Shown: positions 8,338-17,970, counted from the stretch's first letter. The stretch: DNA of 64,000 nt from a virus (IMGVR_UViG_3300044846_005100:64001-128000); one strand, 5' to 3'. Notes: generated by a model not told the origin, from the sequence alone. Numbers and translations are program-made.

Positions 8338-8709
8338 TTAGTTTTTAAAACTGATTGTTAAATTTTCTATTGAAACCATATTATTTTCAAAATACTTTGT
8401 TTCTTTGTAGAATCCTTCAAGAAATTCTTTTGTATCTAAAGGTAGAGAATCAAAATGTCTTCTGATTTTAGCCCTTGTCTTTGACTTTTTAAATTTATCC
8501 TTACAATACAAATATTTTTCGGTAAGTCTTTTGTACAAAAATATAGGCTCTACCATTGATAATAATTCTTTTATTGTTTCGGTTTCTTTCAGCTTAACAA
8601 TAAAATCTTTTGCCTGCTCAAAGGTATCAAAGATTTCAGTAGAATATACTACTATTTCTTCTCCGATTTTTTCCAATGCTATAAAGCCGATTGTTTTTAA
8701 TTTTAACAT
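8338..8709 (-). CDS. hypothetical protein
   Basis: 123 aa ORF in tight operon. Confidence 0.7.
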   Translation of the reverse strand: MLKLKTIGFIALEKIGEEIVVYSTEIFDTFEQAKDFIVKLKETETIKELLSMVEPIFLYKRLTEKYLYCKDKFKKSKTRAKIRRHFDSLPLDTKEFLEGFYKETKYFENNMVSIENLTISFKN

Positions 8710-8719
8710 AATTTTAAAT

Positions 8720-9268
8720 TTAAGAAATTATTGAATGAAACTTTTTTAAACTACACTCTGATAATAAAATATTTTTCTTGTTATTTGCTTCAATATTAAT
8801 GCCTGATGCTGATTCTATTATTAAATAGTCTGCTTCGGTTTGTTGTAAAATATTTTGAAAAGGAATATGTGAAGAACCCGAAGAGATTTCCACTATAAAA
8901 ATAGGTTCTTCATCTCCTTTATAAGAATTATTTTTAACTCTAAATCTTTTTATTGTAAAAGCACTATTGTTTTCTAACATAGTGTATAAGTCGGTAGCGG
9001 ATTTAGTAGTGGTAGCCAAAGGAATATTTAAAGTGAAAATAATTTCTATCTTTACTATTTCCTTATAAGAAGTAATTACAAAATCTAACATGGTGTTTTC
9101 TCCCTCTGCAATAGCTTCTTTCAAGTCAGTTTCACTCCAGCCATACTCGAATATTTCATCGTCAGCTTGTTCATCTTGTTCAGCATCGTCATACTCTTTA
9201 ACAATGTAACCATTAATCTCTGACTTATCATCTTTCCAATATCCTTCTATTTCAAAATACTTACTCAT
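8720..9268 (-). CDS. hypothetical protein with acidic N-domain
   Basis: YFEIEGYWKDDK...FVITSY. Confidence 0.75.
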   Translation of the reverse strand: MSKYFEIEGYWKDDKSEINGYIVKEYDDAEQDEQADDEIFEYGWSETDLKEAIAEGENTMLDFVITSYKEIVKIEIIFTLNIPLATTTKSATDLYTMLENNSAFTIKRFRVKNNSYKGDEEPIFIVEISSGSSHIPFQNILQQTEADYLIIESASGINIEANNKKNILLSECSLKKFHSIIS

Positions 9269-9275
9269 AATATTA

Positions 9276-9872
9276 TTATTTTATTTCAATTAATTCTCCA
9301 TTTTCATTTTCCATGTATTGAGCATCTTCGGGGTCTTCCCATTCTGTATAGTAATACACTTCGTTTTTGTAAGCCTCTTCAAGCAATTTTTTATCACTAA
9401 CATTGGCTGAATCGGGATTACTTTCTCTCAAATATTCTATCAAATATTTTTCTTCTGAAAAGTATTTTTCCCCATCCATAACACAATATCCCTCATTCAT
9501 ACCTTTACCTGTGGCATCACATTTTCTAGCGAAAAAAGTAGTAGAACCTACAACATCCTCGATAGATAACTCCACACTCTCAAAGTAATCTGAACTATCA
9601 TTTTTGTATTCGGTGTAAATGTAAATACTATTAGAATAAACTATCAATTGGATGATATTTGTTCTCCATTCAGTTTCTTCATCCTCATCATCAAAAAACT
9701 TAACATCCCCATCAATATCAACCCTCATATTACTGATAAAAGGATTTTGTTTTATAAGTTCTTGACAGACAGTTATTCTGCCTTTATCTACATCTGTAAA
9801 GTTGATTCCAATAGAGTGGACATCATAACTATTTCCGTTTTCGGTAGAATACCCTTTTAATACTTTTTTCAT
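9276..9872 (-). CDS. acidic two-domain hypothetical protein
   Basis: C-terminal ARKCDATGKGMNEGY...YYYTEWED. Confidence 0.75.
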   Translation of the reverse strand: MKKVLKGYSTENGNSYDVHSIGINFTDVDKGRITVCQELIKQNPFISNMRVDIDGDVKFFDDEDEETEWRTNIIQLIVYSNSIYIYTEYKNDSSDYFESVELSIEDVVGSTTFFARKCDATGKGMNEGYCVMDGEKYFSEEKYLIEYLRESNPDSANVSDKKLLEEAYKNEVYYYTEWEDPEDAQYMENENGELIEIK

Positions 9873-9881
9873 GGATGTATA

Positions 9882-10112
9882 TTATTTAGTTAATGTGAAA
9901 AATTCGTGTAAATCATAAATGTCAAATAAATGCTCATCTTCTTGGTCATCTATAATAATAATAGCTTCTTTAGCATAAGGATTTTCAGGTTCAAATCCTA
10001 TAATAGGATATGCTTTCCCTATGGTTAAGGCTTCTTCTCTTGTGCTGTGCATTACACATTTTTGTATTGCATACAAGTTAGTACCTATTTCTAAATCTCC
10101 TCTTTCTATCAT
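9882..10112 (-). CDS. small acidic SH3-like hypothetical protein
   Basis: LTIGKAYPI...IIDDQEDEH; first gene after a boxed promoter. Confidence 0.7.
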   Translation of the reverse strand: MIERGDLEIGTNLYAIQKCVMHSTREEALTIGKAYPIIGFEPENPYAKEAIIIIDDQEDEHLFDIYDLHEFFTLTK

Positions 10113-10145
10113 AACATTATTGTTTTTGTTGGTTAAAAAATATGA

Positions 10146-10214
10146 TGCAAAATTACTGCTTTTCGTGTTGGGTGTGTTAGCAATTTTGTTGCAAAAACTT
10201 TAAAAATTGTTGCA
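10146..10214 (-). promoter_or_regulatory. early promoter with tandem TGCAACAA boxes (copy 6)
   Basis: TAATTTTGCA at 10146-10155; boxes at 10186 and 10207. Confidence 0.8.
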
Positions 10215-10223
10215 AAAAAATAT

Positions 10224-10415
10224 TTATATATCTTTTGCAATTTTTACGAGTTCTGCAAATTCCCGATAAGACAATATTTTTCGCTCCATATTGGTTAATC
10301 CTAAATACTTGTAGTCAATATCCTCAAAGCTATACACAAACATTCTCCCGATGGCTTTATATGTAGTGGTTTTAACCAATCTATACCCAAATAATCCTAA
10401 AATAAATTTTATCAT
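10224..10415 (-). CDS. hypothetical protein
   Basis: 63 aa ORF in operon. Confidence 0.65.
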   Translation of the reverse strand: MIKFILGLFGYRLVKTTTYKAIGRMFVYSFEDIDYKYLGLTNMERKILSYREFAELVKIAKDI

Positions 10416-10422
10416 AATTTTT

Positions 10423-10776
10423 TTATTTGTTTTTTAATAATAAATTAATTTGTTCTAATTGTGCTTCTTTTACAAATTGATAATCTTCTGCACCAACTGC
10501 ATTTTCCAATACCTCTTCAATTCCGTCTTCAAATCTATTGTAGCCTACAATTTTTCCGTCTCCTGCATTAATTATTTTTGCACATTCAGCATAATCATCC
10601 TCCCAAAGAGCAAAACACAATTTCTTTCCAAAGGCAATGTTATACACATACTTCGGGCATCTTATTTCTTTTTCAAGGTCAAACAATGCTTGTCCTACTT
10701 CGTCATCGTGCTGAAATAGGTCATATAATTCCATTTTGTTTTTTAATGCTTCAAATTTTTCTTTAATGTTTTTCAT
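10423..10776 (-). CDS. hypothetical protein
   Basis: 117 aa acidic ORF. Confidence 0.7.
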   Translation of the reverse strand: MKNIKEKFEALKNKMELYDLFQHDDEVGQALFDLEKEIRCPKYVYNIAFGKKLCFALWEDDYAECAKIINAGDGKIVGYNRFEDGIEEVLENAVGAEDYQFVKEAQLEQINLLLKNK

Positions 10777-10782
10777 TTGCTT

Positions 10783-11016
10783 TTATCTATTTATTCTAAC
10801 GTGTCCAAAATAAGTTTCTTCTAAATTCTCTATAATTCGGTCATTCACTAAGTCCATAAATGTCGATATTTCATAATAGCCTAAATGCTCCTCTTCATCG
10901 CTTGTCATACCTAAGTTTTTCAACTCATCTATCATTTCGTGGGTATTATCAAATACTTGATTTTCGATTTCTTCTAAAATTCTTCTATTTTCTAATAATA
11001 ATACTATAATTTTCAT
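10783..11016 (-). CDS. small acidic hypothetical protein
   Basis: 77 aa; YEISTFMDLVND. Confidence 0.7.
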   Translation of the reverse strand: MKIIVLLLENRRILEEIENQVFDNTHEMIDELKNLGMTSDEEEHLGYYEISTFMDLVNDRIIENLEETYFGHVRINR

Positions 11017-11022
11017 AATTTT

Positions 11023-11253
11023 TTATTTAACTAATTCTTTAATTATATCTTCTACTTCTCCTTCTTCTAAAGCATCACAAATGGAATTAAACTCTCTTCC
11101 ATTTTCTTCTTTAGTTATTCCTCTTAGTCTTGCTATCTCATCAAGAAGTCCTATTATTTCCACGTTACTTTGTGGATTAGGAGATAAAAATCTTGATTCA
11201 GTTTCGTTATTTTGAGCTATATATTTTAACAGCTCTTTCCATTTGTCTTCCAT
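11023..11253 (-). CDS. small acidic hypothetical protein
   Basis: 76 aa ORF. Confidence 0.7.
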   Translation of the reverse strand: MEDKWKELLKYIAQNNETESRFLSPNPQSNVEIIGLLDEIARLRGITKEENGREFNSICDALEEGEVEDIIKELVK

Positions 11254-11256
11254 AAA

Positions 11257-11484
11257 CTATTGAATTTTACTTGTTTTTAAATTTTCTATTGTTATAAATC
11301 TAATTACATCAATGCTTGAATGTATTTCCTCTTCATTGAAAGCACGTTGGAATCCTTCTAAGGTATAAACTCTACCTTGTCTTTCACATTCATCCATCCA
11401 TTCTTTTTCTGTTAATTCCGTAAATCCTTTGTCGATTGAAATATCTTGACAATCTAAAACATATACTCTAATTTCTTTATTCAT
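11257..11484 (-). CDS. small hypothetical protein
   Basis: ECERQGRVYTLEGFQRAFN motif. Confidence 0.7.
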   Translation of the reverse strand: MNKEIRVYVLDCQDISIDKGFTELTEKEWMDECERQGRVYTLEGFQRAFNEEEIHSSIDVIRFITIENLKTSKIQ

Positions 11485-11506
11485 ATTTTTTTTATTTTAA
11501 TTGTTC

Positions 11507-11713
11507 TTAATAATTATCCTGCAATCCTTCATACCAAAAGTCAGGGAAGTCACAAGGCTCACTACTGAAACCACAAACACAATTAATTTCTTCATCATCT
11601 GTGTTGCAAAACATAACATCCCCACAACCACCACAATTAACTAAATTTACTCCTATTGCTTGTATTTTCTCTTGGAAGGCTATTTGGCTTATTGCAAACT
11701 CTCTTTTTGTCAT
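11507..11713 (-). CDS. small Zn-ribbon protein
   Basis: CxxC...CxC; paralog of the N-terminus of 11725-12243. Confidence 0.7.
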   Translation of the reverse strand: MTKREFAISQIAFQEKIQAIGVNLVNCGGCGDVMFCNTDDEEINCVCGFSSEPCDFPDFWYEGLQDNY

Positions 11714-11724
11714 AATTTTTAATT

Positions 11725-12243
11725 TTAATATAAACCACTTTCTTGTTCAAAAATACACTCTGCTATAATCCAATCCGAATCCTCTCCATAAATTTCAATG
11801 ATTTCCTCCACGCTATTATAATAAGAGGAAATGTGTTCTTCTATTTCTTCTTCTGTGTAATTGTCTAAGTTTATATAACTCTCAATAAATTCATCATCCT
11901 CATACTCTGGCAACTCTCTATTTTTTTCTTTAAACTGAAAATATCTTTTATCAAGTTGTCTTCCGTATTGTTGATTATCTAAATCTGTACATTTCCAACC
12001 TAGCTCCTCCATTATTTTTTCTGAATTAAATTCAGCACTATCTTCTAATCCTTCATACCAATAGTCTTGGCAATCGTTGAAATATACTTTTTCTCCACAA
12101 CCAAAACATTCAGTTTCTTCCTCGTTTATATCGTGCATTATGATTGCTGAACATTCATTACATTCTACAATATTTATATTGGCAAATTCTTGGATTCTTT
12201 TTTGCAATTCTATTTGTCTTATTGCTAATTCTCTTCTGTCCAT
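11725..12243 (-). CDS. Zn-ribbon fused to a highly acidic domain
   Basis: CNEC...CFGC then a D/E-rich C-domain. Confidence 0.75.
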   Translation of the reverse strand: MDRRELAIRQIELQKRIQEFANINIVECNECSAIIMHDINEEETECFGCGEKVYFNDCQDYWYEGLEDSAEFNSEKIMEELGWKCTDLDNQQYGRQLDKRYFQFKEKNRELPEYEDDEFIESYINLDNYTEEEIEEHISSYYNSVEEIIEIYGEDSDWIIAECIFEQESGLY

Positions 12244-12257
12244 TATTTGATAAGTTT

Positions 12258-12470
12258 TTAGTTAATACATCCTTTTACAAATTTCTCAATAGCTTCATCC
12301 CAATCTAAATCCTCGTCTTCCCATTTGTGGTCTTCGGGATATATGAAAATAAATCTTTCTGCGATTGTGATAGCGGTATCTATTTGTTGGAAAAAACTAC
12401 CATTAATTTTTTCTTCTAATAATTGGTTGTACATTATGTAACCTACCACTCTTGCTAATTCCTTATTCAT
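12258..12470 (-). CDS. small acidic hypothetical protein
   Basis: 70 aa; WEDEDLDWDE. Confidence 0.7.
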   Translation of the reverse strand: MNKELARVVGYIMYNQLLEEKINGSFFQQIDTAITIAERFIFIYPEDHKWEDEDLDWDEAIEKFVKGCIN

Positions 12471-12471
12471 A

Positions 12472-12684
12472 TTATTTGATATGTTTTAATGAATATAAAC
12501 TCGTCCAAATATGAGCAAATCCTTTCTCTACACAGAAGTTGTATAAATCTTTGTCTGACATTCCTTCAAAATCATGGTCATCAAACATAGTAGATAATTC
12601 TTCCTCACAATGTGTTCTTTCATCCTCTATATAAAAATTTACTACTGAAATTATTGAGGTACGTTCTTCTCTTCCTATGGTCAT
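12472..12684 (-). CDS. small acidic hypothetical protein
   Basis: 70 aa ORF. Confidence 0.7.
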   Translation of the reverse strand: MTIGREERTSIISVVNFYIEDERTHCEEELSTMFDDHDFEGMSDKDLYNFCVEKGFAHIWTSLYSLKHIK

Positions 12685-12688
12685 AATA

Positions 12689-12997
12689 CTATTGGTTTAA
12701 ATCGTTAAAAAATATTGAATAAATGAATTCGTAGATAGCCACCATATCATCGGTTTCTAAGTCTCCTAAATCCGTTTCTGTGTCATCGGATGTACGGATA
12801 ATAATCAAGTTTCTACGCATTTCTATTTCTTTCACTACTTCGGGGGAATAACAATCTCCCACTACTACAATAGACACATCGTCTTCCTTACTTACTGATA
12901 TGATACTATCTGTTTCAATAATTTCAGAGCAATCTTTTAAAATATTTGCTCTAAGCGTTTGGATAGTTTCATTATAATCTACAAATTGTTTTTTCAT
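12689..12997 (-). CDS. acidic hypothetical protein
   Basis: 102 aa; first gene after a boxed promoter. Confidence 0.7.
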   Translation of the reverse strand: MKKQFVDYNETIQTLRANILKDCSEIIETDSIISVSKEDDVSIVVVGDCYSPEVVKEIEMRRNLIIIRTSDDTETDLGDLETDDMVAIYEFIYSIFFNDLNQ

Positions 12998-13026
12998 ATT
13001 CTTTTTATTTTAAATAATTAATTTAC

Positions 13027-13116
13027 TGCAAAATTACTACCTTTTGGTGTTTGGGTGTTACAACTTTTGTTGCAATTTATTTAATTTTTGTTGCATTATT
13101 TTGATAATTTTGTTGA
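13027..13116 (-). promoter_or_regulatory. early promoter with tandem TGCAACAA boxes (copy 5)
   Basis: TAATTTTGCA 13027-13036; boxes at 13067 and 13088, degenerate third at 13110. Confidence 0.8.
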
Positions 13117-13157
13117 TACAAAGGCTATCAAGAATAATATGCCCATAATACAAACTC

Positions 13158-13736
13158 CTAACCACATACCACATTTTTTATATATCTTTTTTTCATTGAA
13201 ACAAATATTTCCAAAGTCTTAAATTTAGATACTAAACAATCTTCACTAAATTGTAACTTGCTACCCATGATAGGACTATCTCCATGTCCATTTGTAACTT
13301 TTTGGCAAATCTCTTCTGCTTTTTCAGAAGTGAATTGAGTAGGCTCAATAGACATTGTGGTACAAATTTGTTTATTATTATCCACTCCTAAAGAAATACA
13401 AGTTTCTTTATAATAAACAATAGTGTTACATCGTTCCAAACAAGGATATTTTTTGATATTATCAATTATTTTCTCTAATTGACTTATACTTTTTTCAGTA
13501 AATTCAATTATGGAAGACATTTCCTTGATATTGGTAGCAAAAGGGTCTGCTATATCATGGATGATGATTCCATTTTCAGTTTGTTGGGCAAACTTATTTT
13601 GATTTTCTAATAGTGAATAATATTCTTTTTTGTCCATTGTGTACCCTCCATTATTTGAATAGCCCATATTCTGTGGGAGTTGTCCTACATTTGTTTCTTG
13701 AATCGCATAATCTGCGTTTGTTACTAATTTGTGCAT
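13158..13736 (-). CDS. hypothetical protein (GYSNNGGYTM module fusion)
   Basis: N-terminus paralogous to 20022-20186. Confidence 0.75.
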   Translation of the reverse strand: MHKLVTNADYAIQETNVGQLPQNMGYSNNGGYTMDKKEYYSLLENQNKFAQQTENGIIIHDIADPFATNIKEMSSIIEFTEKSISQLEKIIDNIKKYPCLERCNTIVYYKETCISLGVDNNKQICTTMSIEPTQFTSEKAEEICQKVTNGHGDSPIMGSKLQFSEDCLVSKFKTLEIFVSMKKRYIKNVVCG

Positions 13737-13755
13737 AATATATAATTTAATTTTT

Positions 13756-14172
13756 TTAATCTAAAAATAATGATGTAATATCTTCTACATGAACAATATC
13801 CTCCTTGCTAAATAGTACTTGATAATCTCCTTCTAAATAATCCTTCACTTCAATTAATAATACTTTAAAATCATGATTGGTTAGCAAAAATTTCAACTCT
13901 TCCTTTATAATCCATTGGTAGAAACATTCAAGGTTTTTATAAGCACAAAATCTACCTTTCATTATTTTATCATCAAATACATCTCTATTTATATATTTTC
14001 CTCCATTAATTCCTGCATCCTTAAAAGGTGCTGGTAATTCCTCATGTAATTTAAGCATATTTTCTGTTTCAGAAGTTTTCCCTAAAACATATCTATCGGA
14101 ATCAATAGCTCTATTGGCTCTAAACATTCCATATCCGTCTGTGTGTTCTACTCTAACTATTTTCTTGTTCAT
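13756..14172 (-). CDS. conserved phage early protein, possible ADP-ribosyltransferase-like fold
   Basis: RVEH..G.G, H...P.P..D, FCAY, QW, QVLF motif pattern; the ORF is solid, the fold is speculative. Confidence 0.4.
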   Translation of the reverse strand: MNKKIVRVEHTDGYGMFRANRAIDSDRYVLGKTSETENMLKLHEELPAPFKDAGINGGKYINRDVFDDKIMKGRFCAYKNLECFYQWIIKEELKFLLTNHDFKVLLIEVKDYLEGDYQVLFSKEDIVHVEDITSLFLD

Positions 14173-14201
14173 ATTTTATTATTATTGGTTAAAAAATATA
14201 G

Positions 14202-14269
14202 TGCAAAATTATGATGTTTTGGGATTCTATCCTAACAATTTTGTTGCAATTAGTTTAAATTTTGTTGCA
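14202..14269 (-). promoter_or_regulatory. early promoter with tandem TGCAACAA boxes (copy 4)
   Basis: TAATTTTGCA 14202-14211; boxes at 14241 and 14262. Confidence 0.8.
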
Positions 14270-14429
14270 TTGTTTCTAACTTCGGGATTAACTCTTCAAG
14301 TAACTCTTTTTTACCTAAAAAAAATCCATAAGATTCCGTATCTTCATAATTCATTACATCGGGTGTATTATCTATTATGTTAGAATACTCCTCTAGTCTT
14401 TCTTTTAATTCTTTTATAAGATTTTCCAT
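14250..14429 (-). CDS. small hypothetical protein (59 aa, not in ORF track)
   Basis: MENLIKELKERLEEYSNII...MQQNLN*. Confidence 0.65.
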   Translation of the reverse strand: MENLIKELKERLEEYSNIIDNTPDVMNYEDTESYGFFLGKKELLEELIPKLETMQQNLN

Positions 14430-14460
14430 TTTTTATGCTTTTATTGTGAAATAATTTTGA

Positions 14461-14817
14461 TTATGCTTCTTTTGAGGAATTATACCATTGTACAAATTCA
14501 ACACAAGCGTTATAAACTGCTTCAATTTTAGTATTGCAATCATTTGAAAAAGCAAACCCATTCTCTATATATACATCAATAGCACAACCTTGTGGCGCAA
14601 ATAATACATTTGTAAATTCATTATAGTTTTCTATCTTCTCCACTACTTGCATAAGCCAATTCCAATCGGTGTCGTATTTTGTACAATCTAAAAATCTATC
14701 AGTATGCCATTTTTTATGATTAGGAGTATTTTCAAAACCCCAAAATCCTTCATTATTTTGGTAGCAACCCATAAACTCTGCTAATAACTTATTATTTTCT
14801 ATAATTTGTGTATTCAT
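14461..14817 (-). CDS. conserved phage protein (LLAEFMG...DWNWLM.VVEKI family)
   Basis: Paralog of the C-terminus of 15073-15642. Confidence 0.75.
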   Translation of the reverse strand: MNTQIIENNKLLAEFMGCYQNNEGFWGFENTPNHKKWHTDRFLDCTKYDTDWNWLMQVVEKIENYNEFTNVLFAPQGCAIDVYIENGFAFSNDCNTKIEAVYNACVEFVQWYNSSKEA

Positions 14818-14818
14818 T

Positions 14819-15064
14819 TTAACAATAATTTAGTATAAAATTTATTAATTTTTCATCAACTCCTTTAGCCTCCAATTCTCTATAAACATGGTCAGCATCT
14901 AAGCATTCACTTATCCACTTGTTACCATTTATATCTAAAAAGCCTATAACATATCCACTATTCATTTCTCCTTCAACTTCGGGAGTTTTCCAAAAGCCTG
15001 CCATTGAAATTTGTTCGTTTGGGGTGCTTATCGACACACATTTCTTAAAATCTATTTCTTGCAT
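14819..15064 (-). CDS. hypothetical protein
   Basis: 81 aa ORF in operon. Confidence 0.7.
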   Translation of the reverse strand: MQEIDFKKCVSISTPNEQISMAGFWKTPEVEGEMNSGYVIGFLDINGNKWISECLDADHVYRELEAKGVDEKLINFILNYC

Positions 15065-15072
15065 AATTTTAG

Positions 15073-15642
15073 TTATTTATTTTGATTATAATGTTCAACA
15101 AAAGAAACACAACCATTGAAAACTCCTTCGATATTCAAATCCGCCAATGAATAATAAATTTTTTCATAATCTTCCCCCATAAATTCACTTAATGAATAAC
15201 ATTTTTTTACCACTTCTACAAGCAAATTCCAATCCGAATCGTATTTTAAATATCTTGCAATATTCTCAATTATCTTTTCTTTTTCTATTTCTCGTGTGAA
15301 ATAATAAGGGCTATCACTCCATGAATAATGCCCTCCATGATATGAAAGATTATCAAATACTCCCATAAATTCTGCCAACAATTGTTTTTTTGCTACTATG
15401 TCCGTAATGGAAACTATTTCTTTTAACTCAATTTGAGATAAATCCATATCTATTGTAAATCCTAAGGTAACATCACAACTATTAAAAACATGATTTGCTT
15501 TTTCAAGATTATAAGTAATCTCTTTTTTTGCCATTTCTAAAGCCTCTTCTCTACTATCTGTATATACTACTCCATTATCGAAAGAAGTCCATATTGTGCT
15601 TGTAGTTAAGCTATATTCCCATTTTTTGTTTGATTGATTCAT
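15073..15642 (-). CDS. two-domain hypothetical protein
   Basis: C-terminal LLAEFMG...KYDSDWN. Confidence 0.75.
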   Translation of the reverse strand: MNQSNKKWEYSLTTSTIWTSFDNGVVYTDSREEALEMAKKEITYNLEKANHVFNSCDVTLGFTIDMDLSQIELKEIVSITDIVAKKQLLAEFMGVFDNLSYHGGHYSWSDSPYYFTREIEKEKIIENIARYLKYDSDWNLLVEVVKKCYSLSEFMGEDYEKIYYSLADLNIEGVFNGCVSFVEHYNQNK

Positions 15643-15653
15643 TTTTTTAATTT

Positions 15654-15989
15654 TTAATAAGTTAAACTATCTAAATAAGTGCTTGGAAATTCCCACGTTA
15701 TATCCTCATAAACTCGTTCTACAAATTCATTGATAAATTTATCATCTATTGTAGGCATAACTCCGTCATAGGATTCTAATAGATATTCCTTTGCTTCTTC
15801 TTTGTTAAGCCAATTAGTAACAACTTCTTTTATTCTATTCCTACTATAAACATCGTCTATATCCTCTGCATTTTCGGGAATATAACAAGGTGCATCGGGG
15901 TTATTTTTGAAATTTTCATCGTTATAATACCCTCCCTCCGCATTGGATTCTAAGCCGTATTTTTCTATTATTGTATTTAAATTTTCCAT
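15654..15989 (-). CDS. acidic hypothetical protein
   Basis: CYIPEN...WEFPSTYLD. Confidence 0.75.
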   Translation of the reverse strand: MENLNTIIEKYGLESNAEGGYYNDENFKNNPDAPCYIPENAEDIDDVYSRNRIKEVVTNWLNKEEAKEYLLESYDGVMPTIDDKFINEFVERVYEDITWEFPSTYLDSLTY

Positions 15990-16255
15990 TTTATATTTAA
16001 AATTGATAAAGATTTTAAAAAATTAATAACTTTTTCTTTTTCTTCTTGTGTAGCCTTCGGGAACATACCATAGTCAGAAGTAAAAAAGCTACTACCTACA
16101 AATCCTAAATTGTTTTCTTCCATTTCAAAAGATATATCTTGTATCTCGTAACAATCAATTGGCTCATCTCCCCAAAATAACTTATTTTCAGCATCCGCCA
16201 TAGTTACTATATGAATATTTCCATTAATGTTTAAAAATTCTATAATTTGCTCCAT
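15977..16255 (-). CDS. hypothetical protein
   Basis: 92 aa ORF. Confidence 0.7.
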   Translation of the reverse strand: MEQIIEFLNINGNIHIVTMADAENKLFWGDEPIDCYEIQDISFEMEENNLGFVGSSFFTSDYGMFPKATQEEKEKVINFLKSLSILNIKWKI

Positions 16256-16257
16256 AC

Positions 16258-16524
16258 TTATTTGTTTAAATGATTATTACCTAATAAAATTATATCTGTC
16301 TCTATTATATCTTCTTTGGTATTAAACTCTTGAAATCTTAAATCAAAATTAAGATTATTATCTACTAATAATTTTATATATTGATTCATTTCTTCAATTT
16401 GCCAAATTTCAAAAAATTCATCGGGTTTTACTCCTGCAATTCCATTTGTTTTATCGCACCAAATAGTATAATAAAATGTATTTTTATCTTTTACTGATTC
16501 TAATAAGTTTTTTAAATTTTCCAT
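16258..16524 (-). CDS. hypothetical protein
   Basis: 88 aa; first gene after a boxed promoter. Confidence 0.7.
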   Translation of the reverse strand: MENLKNLLESVKDKNTFYYTIWCDKTNGIAGVKPDEFFEIWQIEEMNQYIKLLVDNNLNFDLRFQEFNTKEDIIETDIILLGNNHLNK

Positions 16525-16557
16525 TTTTTATGATTTTTACTTGTTAAATAATTTTAC

Positions 16558-16626
16558 TGCAAAGTTACTGCGGATTCTATTCTCAATGTTAGCAATTTTG
16601 TTGCAATTTTATTAATTTTTGTTGCA
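16558..16626 (-). promoter_or_regulatory. early promoter with tandem TGCAACAA boxes (copy 3)
   Basis: TAACTTTGCA 16558-16567; boxes at 16598 and 16619. Confidence 0.8.
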
Positions 16627-16634
16627 ACTTTATT

Positions 16635-16952
16635 TTAATTATTTTTTATTGTGTTTGGTTTAGGCTCTGCCATACTATCCTTTGAGGCACTACCTCCTTC
16701 GGGAACAACAAAGTCTTTTTTATCACTATTATAATAATACTTTTCTGCTTCCTCTATCTCGTGTACATAGGCTAATTTCAAATCTATCTCTCCGTTTTCT
16801 ATGCACATGAGTCTAATTAGTTTATCGGGTGCATAGTCTTCGGGTATTACCTCCACTCCCATGATAGGAAAAATTATTTTGGTGCTTTCAGGTACATATA
16901 CCATTGGCGTACCTGCCTTGCAACACTTAATTAATTCTTTTATAGTCTTCAT
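16635..16952 (-). CDS. hypothetical protein
   Basis: 105 aa ORF. Confidence 0.7.
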   Translation of the reverse strand: MKTIKELIKCCKAGTPMVYVPESTKIIFPIMGVEVIPEDYAPDKLIRLMCIENGEIDLKLAYVHEIEEAEKYYYNSDKKDFVVPEGGSASKDSMAEPKPNTIKNN

Positions 16953-16955
16953 ATT

Positions 16956-17636
16956 CTATTGATTTTCTACTTTTTTATAGATACTCTCTCCGTTGCTAAA
17001 CGTTGCTAAACGTCCGTACTCTTCACTTGATTCTTTAAAGGCTTTTTCTACCATTTCAATTGCTTCTGCCTTTGTTTTTTCTACCCATTTAACTATGTTT
17101 TTAGCTTGCATAGCTTTTAAGCCTGCGTTCATTTCTGTAGTATATAAAAACTCCTCTTCCACTCTGTCCTCGTCTATTTCATAGCCGTTTATCATAACAT
17201 CATATTCCCAATCCAATGTAGCACCCTCGTAATAACCTGCCACGAGTTGCATTGTTATTTCAAAGGTACATTCTATATCCCCGAAATTTTTACTTTTTTG
17301 CATTTCAAAGAAATTTGTACAAGGATAATTTCTATCCATATCGCATTTATTTACGCAATAGCCATACCATTTTTTATACAAAGGATTTTCTTTTAATTTC
17401 TCGATAGTACAATCTTTTTGATGTTCTATATCATCTAAATCTATCTCTTCGGTTTCTACTCCCTCTGAAAGCATATTGTGTCCACAACTTTGGCACTCGT
17501 TTAATGTATCTAAATCATATTCCCAATCTCTATGTATTTCCTCACAATCTTGACAAACTTTTGTTTGAATCTCTTGGTTTGTAAGTACTACAAAGTAGTT
17601 GCTTGCGTTTGTTTTTGCGAAATTACTTGCACCCAT
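16956..17636 (-). CDS. conserved Bacteroidetes-phage early protein with Zn ribbon
   Basis: MGASNF, CxxC x2, GYYEGATLD, FSNGESIY. Confidence 0.75.
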   Translation of the reverse strand: MGASNFAKTNASNYFVVLTNQEIQTKVCQDCEEIHRDWEYDLDTLNECQSCGHNMLSEGVETEEIDLDDIEHQKDCTIEKLKENPLYKKWYGYCVNKCDMDRNYPCTNFFEMQKSKNFGDIECTFEITMQLVAGYYEGATLDWEYDVMINGYEIDEDRVEEEFLYTTEMNAGLKAMQAKNIVKWVEKTKAEAIEMVEKAFKESSEEYGRLATFSNGESIYKKVENQ

Positions 17637-17642
17637 ATTTTT

Positions 17643-17891
17643 TTATTTTTTAGTGTTATTTAATGTTTTTCTGAAATAATATTGTTCAATGTATCTCAAA
17701 GTATCTATAGCTTTAGATGATATTCTATCTTTGCCTATTTCAAACCCTATACTTTTAAGATAGGCTTTCTTTGTTTCTATACTATGAATATCTAAAAGAT
17801 TTTGACTATTTAGCCAATTAAAATAATGTGTATTTTCAATTGGAATACTTGTATCTATATCTTTAATTTTGAATAACGTATTTTTAGCCAT
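17643..17891 (-). CDS. hypothetical protein
   Basis: 82 aa ORF. Confidence 0.65.
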   Translation of the reverse strand: MAKNTLFKIKDIDTSIPIENTHYFNWLNSQNLLDIHSIETKKAYLKSIGFEIGKDRISSKAIDTLRYIEQYYFRKTLNNTKK

Positions 17892-17914
17892 TTTAAGCGT
17901 GTTTATTTTTGTTT

Positions 17915-17945
17915 TGAATAAGAACGCCCACTCAAGGACGTTCTG
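17915..17945 (-). terminator. hairpin, possible intrinsic terminator
   Basis: Minus strand AGAACGTCC-TTGAGT-GGGCGTTCT followed by TATT. Confidence 0.5.
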
Positions 17946-17970
17946 TTTAAATTTGCTATATTAGAGTAGC

